Positions 57,381 to 64,000 of a stretch of 64,000 bases of DNA are shown piece after piece. This DNA is from a virus: positions 3,340 to 67,339 of IMG/VR virus record IMGVR_UViG_3300031552_000004; one strand, written 5' to 3'. Position numbers and translations under genes: made by a program. A model generated the notes under the pieces. That model was not told the DNA's origin. It made no database searches and saw only the letters and a list, made by a program, of their open reading frames with translations. Numbering within the stretch: the stretch's first letter is position 1; each line of letters opens with the position of its first letter.

Positions 57381-58382
57381 ATGGAATGGAACGACGATTT
57401 CAGAAAGGCACTCAAGAGGCCGTTTCAAGCAAGAGCGGTCAAGTGGAAGGCACAGGCCACATCCAAAGACAAGACGCAGGCTCTGGCCGTGGCATTCATT
57501 GACGCCCGCAATGTGATGGAGCGCCTGGACAGGACCGTAGGGCCGGGCGAGTGGAGCGATGCGTATGAAATCATCGCCGCGTCGCCGGACGAGTTCGTGG
57601 TCGAATGCCGGCTGACGGTGCTTGGCGTGACCAAGGCGGACGTAGGCGACAGTTCAGCATCCGGCGGGGGAAGCAATCTCGCCAAGTCCGCGTACAGCGA
57701 TGCACTCAAGCGGGCGGCGGTCAAGTTCGGCATCGGGCGATACCTATATGCTCTGCCGCGCCGGTGGGTGGCATACGACGCACAACGCAAGCGGTTGGTG
57801 GAAGATCCCCAACTGCCAACCTGGGCCATCCCCGGCGGTGACGATCTGGGCGAAGATGCGCCGTTTGAGGAAGGGACGGAAGAAGGCAAGGTGGAGATCC
57901 CGCTCAAGCCGCGCGAGGAATCCAAACCGCGCGAGGAACCAAAGCCCGTACCGAACGCCACGGCGAACCCCGGCGAGTACGTGTTGGACTTCGGCAAGAA
58001 ATACCGAGGCAAGACGCTGGCGGCGATCCATGCGAAGGACCCGTCCTATCTGACGTGGATTGCGGACACGAGCAACGCCAAGGCAGCAGTGAAGATGGCA
58101 GTAGGGACGTTCCTGGGCTGGATCGCGGCAAAAGACAAAGCTGAGCCGCCGCCGGGTTTCACCGAGGAACCGGACGACGACGGGCAGCACTGGTCGGAGG
58201 ATGAGGCGGCACGAAAACGGTTCTACGCCAACCTTCGCGGGTTCAAGATGTCGAGCGAGGAGGCGCACGCGATCCTCGTCGGCAGCGCAGACGGGCACCT
58301 GGCCGACTACGCGGGCTCGATCGGCGATGCGCTGATGCTCTGCAGGGGATGGGCTGTAGAGGAAGGCCGCATTCCGAGATAG
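57381..58382 (+). CDS. Rad52/Rad22-family ssDNA annealing protein (Sak-like)
   Basis: L..PF, IDAR.VM.RLD..VG...W, K.A.SDALKRAAVKFGIGRYLY; FGKKY.G C-terminal module. Confidence 0.9.
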   Translation: MEWNDDFRKALKRPFQARAVKWKAQATSKDKTQALAVAFIDARNVMERLDRTVGPGEWSDAYEIIAASPDEFVVECRLTVLGVTKADVGDSSASGGGSNLAKSAYSDALKRAAVKFGIGRYLYALPRRWVAYDAQRKRLVEDPQLPTWAIPGGDDLGEDAPFEEGTEEGKVEIPLKPREESKPREEPKPVPNATANPGEYVLDFGKKYRGKTLAAIHAKDPSYLTWIADTSNAKAAVKMAVGTFLGWIAAKDKAEPPPGFTEEPDDDGQHWSEDEAARKRFYANLRGFKMSSEEAHAILVGSADGHLADYAGSIGDALMLCRGWAVEEGRIPR

Positions 58383-58507
58383 GACACGACGCTGCTGCAT
58401 CTGTTATCAGCGACGGGTGGAGCTAGAGGGCGGGTGTGCTGGCCCGCTGCTTCGGCGGACGGTCAGCACTTGGCGGCAGAGCAGCAGCGACCTAAAAGGA
58501 GACAACG

Positions 58508-59652
58508 GTGAAGGCAGAGCAATTGGCACTGCTCAAGGAACTTGCAGAGATTGAACATGGTGAGTTCGTACCCAATGCAGATCTCTCGCTGGTACAGCGC
58601 ATAGCAGCAGAGTGTACCCCCCTGCTGATCTGGCGCTCGCTTGACATCGCGTACAGCCTGGGCCACCGGGATGCCAACCACGCCGTATCTGAACGGGCTA
58701 CGACTATGGCAGATTCGTCATCCCTGCGCGTCAAGTTCATTCTGAAGATGATGGAGGACTGAGATGACAGGAGAACCATCTTACATCGCGAAACCGATTG
58801 TTCAGTACATCACACCACAAGACCTGGATCGTTCCACGGTGGATCGGTATGGTCGGCTACTGAAAGAGGAAGCGATCCTGAACCGGACAGTTGCGCAGGC
58901 CACCGCCAAGGTGGAGCGACTGCGTTACCACATCATTCAGGCAGGATACGACAACAACGCGATCGCGGGCAAGAACCAGGCCGAACGCGACAGGCAGGAA
59001 GCCTTGTATCTGGAAGGTGATGAGGCGCTGGCACGAGCACTGGATTCGCTCAAGATTATGGAAGATCACCTGAGCTTCACCGTGGCGGAACGCAAGGCGG
59101 AGGAAACGTATCTCAGCCTGCAGCGGGCATACTGGTACGCACAAGGGGGGAGGCTATAATGGGTTCCAGGCCATTGACAGATGACAAGAAGGATGGTGCT
59201 GGATGGGGTGCGTTTGTAGTTCTCTTGTTTGTGGTGATCTTCGTGCTGATATTCTGGGCTGCGAATCAGGGAGAAGCAAACCACTGTCGGCACTACGCCA
59301 CAGCACATCCAGAATACGAGTTCAAATCTGTGTTCATGGGATGCCAAGTATACGTATACGGTGAATGGCATAGCGTGGATGCGTTTGACATTGCCTTGCC
59401 ACAATTGCCGAAGGGAGATGAGTGATGGGCATCTTTGGAAAGATAGGCAAGCTGTTCCAGCCGAATACGTGCAACGCGGAGTACAATCCCGGGCAGGGCA
59501 GCGACCACGAACACTCCTGGGGGAACCGCCGCTACACCGTGGACGCCGCGCGCGGGATGGTGCGAGGAAGCGACGAATGCGTTTACGGGTGCGGCGCCAA
59601 GCGTGAGGCGGACATCGCAGACATCCACCACAAGGGACGGAGGTGTAGCTAA
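58508..59652 (+). CDS. Four hypothetical proteins (58508-58762, 58764-59159, 59159-59425 membrane, 59422-59652)
   Basis: Abutting ORFs with RBSs. Confidence 0.55.
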
Positions 59653-59790
59653 ATGGACAAGAAAACACTCGCCGACTTGATCCGCTGGCTGCTCGCCATT
59701 CAGCGTAGGCGGTATCGCCGCTGTGATGGGTACGTGCCGGTGCGGGTGAAGGATGCACCGCCGGAACTGAGGAAGCTGGTAGGAGGATAG

Positions 59791-60510
59791 ATGTACGGCA
59801 GCAGGGGCGAGATCGAGATCACACGCCACGAGGGCAGCGAACTCGGCAACGCGCTGCGCACGGCGCTGACCGTCGGACGTGCGCTGGATCTGCTCGTCCT
59901 GATCTCGTTCCTGCTGACGTTTTTCGTGTGGTGGCGAGCCGCCGGGTTGAGGTCGTGGTGGAACGTCCACGCAGATTGGTTGTTCATCGGCTGGGCATTC
60001 CTGCTGGCCGCGCCGTGGTTCCTAGGAATGGTCGGCCTGGTGGTGTGGTATCTGCTACCCCATCTCCGCAATGTCAACTGGCCTCCACCCTTCGCGCAGC
60101 TCGACGCCGCCAACCCGAACGCACCGCTCACCTGGGCTGACAGCCGCGACATGATGCCGATGGACGATGAAGGCCCGGTTGCAGAGCCGCAGGTTATCCG
60201 AGAGGTGGTGTGGCGGGTGGAAGGAACGCTTGACGCTGGGGATGGCAAGACGCTGCACGACCATCCGGTGCTGGTGGATGCTCCGGCGTGGCACCGGTTC
60301 TGCAAGGTTGTTGTAGACGGGCGGAACTTCAGCTACAATGAGGCAGTGCGGCGGAATGGCGTGGACGAAGACGACTGGAAGGCGATGTGGACCCGGTTCG
60401 TCCGCAACGGCTGGGTAAAGCCGGCTGCAGAACGCGGGACGCCGGACCTGTCGCCTACCGGCGAGGCATGGGTCCGGCATTATGCCAGGACCCCTCCCCC
60501 ACCCTACTAG
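59791..60510 (+). CDS. Membrane protein with C-terminal winged-helix-like domain
   Basis: Two hydrophobic segments; ..GW......LSP.G..W C-terminus. Confidence 0.55.
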   Translation: MYGSRGEIEITRHEGSELGNALRTALTVGRALDLLVLISFLLTFFVWWRAAGLRSWWNVHADWLFIGWAFLLAAPWFLGMVGLVVWYLLPHLRNVNWPPPFAQLDAANPNAPLTWADSRDMMPMDDEGPVAEPQVIREVVWRVEGTLDAGDGKTLHDHPVLVDAPAWHRFCKVVVDGRNFSYNEAVRRNGVDEDDWKAMWTRFVRNGWVKPAAERGTPDLSPTGEAWVRHYARTPPPPY

Positions 60511-60613
60511 GCGGCTGTTCGCGTCTGTCGGGATAGTCCTGGGACAGACAGACAGCCGACAGATAGATTTCGAGAGAAGGGCGGAGCTAGTCTGCCGCAC
60601 GAGAGGAGGAGTG

Positions 60614-60814
60614 ATGGGCAATGTAACGAGTGTCATCGAGGGACTGCAGATTTTTCAGCGTTATGTACCGGGGTTGTGGGTGGAAGCAGCACACGATGAG
60701 ATTTTTGGGCCAAGTCCCGAGGAACTGGATTTGTCTACGGAGGATCTTAAACGACTGGAGGAGTTGGACTGGTTTGTGGATGGCGAGGTGGATTGCTGGG
60801 CGAGATTTGTATGA
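60614..60814 (+). CDS. Hypothetical protein
   Basis: GAGGAGGAG RBS; EGLQIF..Y...AHDEI motif. Confidence 0.6.
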   Translation: MGNVTSVIEGLQIFQRYVPGLWVEAAHDEIFGPSPEELDLSTEDLKRLEELDWFVDGEVDCWARFV

Positions 60815-61107
60815 CCCGCCGCCTAGACACCACCGCCGAATAGAAACCATAGGAGAAAGGAATAATCCAGTGACACTGGAAGTCTACTTTCGCTGAAGAC
60901 GTCGCCGCCGGAATCGTCTCCACCGCCGTTGCCCTGTTCTCCGCATCCGGCGGATCGAGCCCCGAATACCTACGCGGCGCATACGATGCCCTGCACAGCC
61001 AGGCGCTGATCTACCGCTTGCCGTGGCCGCAGCTTGAGGACCGGATACGGTGCGAGCTTGGGCGACGCGGACTCCTTCTCGATTCCCAAGGTCGCTGAAA
61101 GTGGCTA

Positions 61108-61136
61108 TTGACAAGATCAGGATTTCGTGATACAAT
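61108..61136 (+). promoter_or_regulatory. Early promoter P7
   Basis: TTGACA-17 nt-TACAAT; flanks nearly identical to P2. Confidence 0.88.
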
Positions 61137-61401
61137 GTAATCAGATAGAATGAAGGTTCAGCGACAGGAGACGAAAATGACCCGCACAGACCGCAAGACA
61201 AACACCCGCAAGTTGACAATCATCAGGGGCAAGGGAACCGCTAAGGAACAGCGCATCACCACAAACATCGACCTTTACCCGATTCAGCGTAACGGGCGTA
61301 CCTACTGGGTAAGCATCCCAACGGACTAGACGGATAGACTTTGTATGGCATACAAGAGTCCCCGTCGGGGGCATCGTACCTAGCAGAAAGGAGCAAGCGA
61401 G

Positions 61402-61638
61402 ATGGCAACGCCAAGTATCAGCAACGAGGCACGGAAAATCATCAAGCAAGAGGCAGGGCTCACGGACGTTCAGATAATCCGGGTACAGCGCGACCGCCAC
61501 GGCTATCCCAACCTGCTGCTGGAAGGCAAGGACAACAGCGATGTACCATGGCGCGGCTGGCGGCGCGAAGGCGAAAGCACCTATGACATCGACTGGGATT
61601 GTGAGAACGTGGACGGCTGGCCCGAAGAATTGATGTAA
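61402..61638 (+). CDS. Hypothetical protein
   Basis: AAGGAG RBS. Confidence 0.6.
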   Translation: MATPSISNEARKIIKQEAGLTDVQIIRVQRDRHGYPNLLLEGKDNSDVPWRGWRREGESTYDIDWDCENVDGWPEELM

Positions 61639-61650
61639 CCCCGCCCATAC

Positions 61651-61685
61651 AAAAGCCCCCGCCCATCCACAAGCGGGGGCTTCTG
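61651..61685. terminator. Hairpin terminator between convergent arms
   Basis: AAGCCCCCGC...GCGGGGGCTT. Confidence 0.75.
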
Positions 61686-62012
61686 CTATTGCCCGTCCCT
61701 GTCTTTGCGTGCCTGCCTGATCGTCTGGTACACGAACTGGTTAAGCCCGCTCGACAGGAATCCCACGCCGACCACTGTCTCGATCCACGCGACGTAGCCC
61801 ACGGGCGGCGGGATGTACAGCAACCCCATCATGCCAAAGTACGCTACCTCGCCCACCAGCACCGCCGCTGCATACGCGACGAGCAACTTCCGCACGTGGC
61901 CCAGCTTGACGTAGGCCGGGATCTGCGCGAGTATCCACGCCGCGAATGTCGCCGCACCCCCAGCGACCAAGTATTGCAGTCCTTCCTTCAGGATACTTCC
62001 ACCGAAGTCCAT
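61686..62012 (-). CDS. Holin-like membrane protein
   Basis: 108 aa, three hydrophobic segments, charged C-terminus. Confidence 0.6.
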   Translation of the reverse strand: MDFGGSILKEGLQYLVAGGAATFAAWILAQIPAYVKLGHVRKLLVAYAAAVLVGEVAYFGMMGLLYIPPPVGYVAWIETVVGVGFLSSGLNQFVYQTIRQARKDRDGQ

Positions 62013-62063
62013 TTTAGTCCTCCCATGAAGTCAATGTGAATTGTGTCTAGCAGTCGAGGTCAG

Positions 62064-62555
62064 TCACAATCGCTCCTCAATCCATTTCCGCGTCACCGGA
62101 TCAAGACGAATCTGCTCGCGATGCTGTTCATACCATTCTTTAGTGTTTGGATTGCCGTGGGCTCGTCCGGCACCGCGCCAATCAGCAAGCATTTCCTTCC
62201 GGTAGCGATCGGGCATTGGAAAGGCTAACATTTTGCCATCGCTACGCGCGCTATCGAGCGTCATCAGCCAGCGTTGCCAGTGGTGCTTGTTACGGTGCTG
62301 ATGATGCAACCATGCCATGTCAAATGCTTCTTTCGCGAAGGCCCGCGACCACTCTGTCGCCTCTGCCGTGGACCTGTCGCCCCCATAGAAATATCGTGCA
62401 TAGGGTACGAACTCGCTCGGCAGAAACTTGCTCAGGTCGTGAATCACGCCCAGCCACGGAATGCCCAGCTTGCAGCATTCCACGAACACGAACCACTTGT
62501 GACGCAACACTGCCCAGAAATAGCGGACGTAGATCACAGTGTCATCCTTTTGCAT
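62064..62555 (-). CDS. DUF5662-like HD/His-rich protein
   Basis: RHK..V, HDLSKF.P.EF, AWLHH..RN.HHW, EM.ADW. Confidence 0.75.
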   Translation of the reverse strand: MQKDDTVIYVRYFWAVLRHKWFVFVECCKLGIPWLGVIHDLSKFLPSEFVPYARYFYGGDRSTAEATEWSRAFAKEAFDMAWLHHQHRNKHHWQRWLMTLDSARSDGKMLAFPMPDRYRKEMLADWRGAGRAHGNPNTKEWYEQHREQIRLDPVTRKWIEERL

Positions 62556-62572
62556 CCTTCATTTGTAACGAT

Positions 62573-63356
62573 CTACGGTTGCCTCAAGCCGAAGATAGAA
62601 GCCAGCAGAATGCCAACCACTTCTGCTCCATGCATTACCCATCCCCACTTGGTTTGGTTCCCTTGCGCTCCAAGCTGGTGCTCCACAACCCGTAACCGCG
62701 ATTCGTGGTCCCGGCGGTCTTCGTCATTGTCGGCACAATGCTCTCTGAATGCATCGCCTAGCGAATCAAAGCGCACATCCATGTGCTCTCTCATGGCTTT
62801 GAAGCGCGCATCGATCAATCTTTCCAATGGTACATTCCCGTTATACTGCTGGCTCATTTGTCTAGTCCTTCTGCACGCCTCAAGTTCAGAAGGTGCGTAG
62901 TCTAGTATGTCGTCCATTCCTCCATTATCACCGCACGAACAACCCGATTGCACCCATTACCATGCCGATGAGGCTGAGGACCAAGGCAAGATATGCCTGG
63001 CCTGCGGATGCCTTTCCTTGCAACTGGTCCTTGAACGTCTGCAACACGTCCAATTGTGCAGTGATAGGTGCCAACAACGCGGATATTTCATTCTTGGTGA
63101 CAAACATCGCCGCTTGGTGACGCAAGTCCTCGCGGATCCCATTCATCCCGTCTAGACGGTGATCCATTCCGTTTTTCGCCAATGACAACGCCCGATCGCT
63201 GGCTTCCAACTTGGCATCGAAGTAGTCCCGTAATGTTACCGCTTCCGAACTGCGAAGCGTGCCGGGATTGCCGAGACGCGCGATGGCCTTCTCCAAGGCC
63301 CTGATACGGTCCTCCAGATCATCCAACTGCTGCGAGTCCATGCTGCCTCCAGGCAA
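62573..63356 (-). CDS. Two coiled-coil proteins with a C-terminal TM helix (lysis-associated?)
   Basis: ORFs 62573-62953 and 62928-63356. Confidence 0.55.
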
Positions 63357-63362
63357 GTCGGG

Positions 63363-64000
63363 TCATGTTCCTAGTCGGGTCGAGTCCAGTTCATCCCTCA
63401 CGATGGCGCGTATGCGAGCATAGTCCACACCTTCTCCCGGCGTTGGTTCTGGCCCAGGTTCTGGCGTTGTGCCGCCCAACTGTTCAATGCGTACTACGTC
63501 GAAATGGCCCGCAGCAAATCCTGCGTCATTGCTGGCGAATTCAATGACTGGGCGAACATATCCCTTTGTGGGCATCATCTGTGGGCTTGTAAGTTTCGCC
63601 CATTCGCGTTGTGGAGTGCCATCATAAGTCGTCACCCAACCACCCCAGATAACTTGAGACACCAATGCCTCTCGCTGAGCCGGGGGAAAAGCATACTGCT
63701 GTAGGAACGGTCCATCACCATCCGTCATGCCGAGGCGCGCCCCACCACCCGCATTGGAGAATACGTGCATGTACATGGCATCTGTCCGCACCAGTCTGCC
63801 ATTCTGGACGTACACAGGATCTCCGACTAGCCAAGCCGCACCAGTGGAGAACTGGAACATAATCACGGCAGAGTAGCGACCTTCATACACTTCTGATTGC
63901 GTGGTTGCGTCCTTCATGTCCGTTTCAGGCTCGTTGTACTCCGTCGCCACATCCGGATTGTGCAGATAGTAAAGCGTGAATCCGTTCGGCAGCGTAAACT
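63363..64000 (-). CDS. Hypothetical protein, 5'-truncated (possible endolysin C-terminus)
   Basis: Frame appears open to the window end; Pro-rich linker and IVRDEL tail. Confidence 0.45.
   Translation of the reverse strand, partial: FTLPNGFTLYYLHNPDVATEYNEPETDMKDATTQSEVYEGRYSAVIMFQFSTGAAWLVGDPVYVQNGRLVRTDAMYMHVFSNAGGGARLGMTDGDGPFLQQYAFPPAQREALVSQVIWGGWVTTYDGTPQREWAKLTSPQMMPTKGYVRPVIEFASNDAGFAAGHFDVVRIEQLGGTTPEPGPEPTPGEGVDYARIRAIVRDELDSTRLGT

Larger units (their letters stand above)
7663..61355. repeat. Dispersed 15-bp palindrome TTGTATG-N-CATACAA (9 copies)
   Basis: Copies start at 7663, 12269, 22466, 34552, 36506, 40933, 48083, 52763 and 61341. Confidence 0.9.

Noticed and set aside
60512-60558. 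Intergenic hairpin CGGCTGT..GTCTGTC/GACAGAC..ACAGCCG
   Set aside because: No U-tract and partly low-complexity (GACA repeats); not enough evidence to call a terminator or ncRNA

Overview
This window is most of a GC-rich, siphovirus-like tailed phage genome. No integrase or tRNA was seen, and genes are truncated at both window ends. Left arm (1-34.4 kb, minus strand): ParB-like protein, C5 methyltransferase, terminase, portal, a head-fibre/lectin block, a large glycan-biosynthesis block, head genes, three more glycosyltransferases among the tail genes, a frameshifted tail chaperone, tape measure and tail tip. The glycan block includes a UDP-sugar dehydrogenase, FkbM, a B12 radical SAM enzyme, a plant-like GT75/RGP mutase, GT2 and GT-D enzymes. 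Right arm (34.7-61.6 kb, plus strand): early and replication genes driven by seven near-identical sigma70 promoters, followed by a convergent lysis-like block. Standout feature: an RNA-guided TIGR-Tas-type locus at 46.0-47.3 kb. It has two arrays (8 + 4 units) of 36-nt dual-spacer repeats (AGCCA-N9-TGAAACCCA-N9-TGCG) flanking a nuclease-less IS110/Nop-domain gene that carries a zinc-ribbon insertion. Other notable signals: a 15-bp palindrome (TTGTATGNCATACAA) found nine times across the genome, attenuator-like leaders with interlocked helices on both sides of the TIGR locus, and a C5 methyltransferase with a nested out-of-frame partner ORF. Protein motifs hint at a Chloroflexota host (inference). 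All calls come from reading motifs by eye; no database searches were run.
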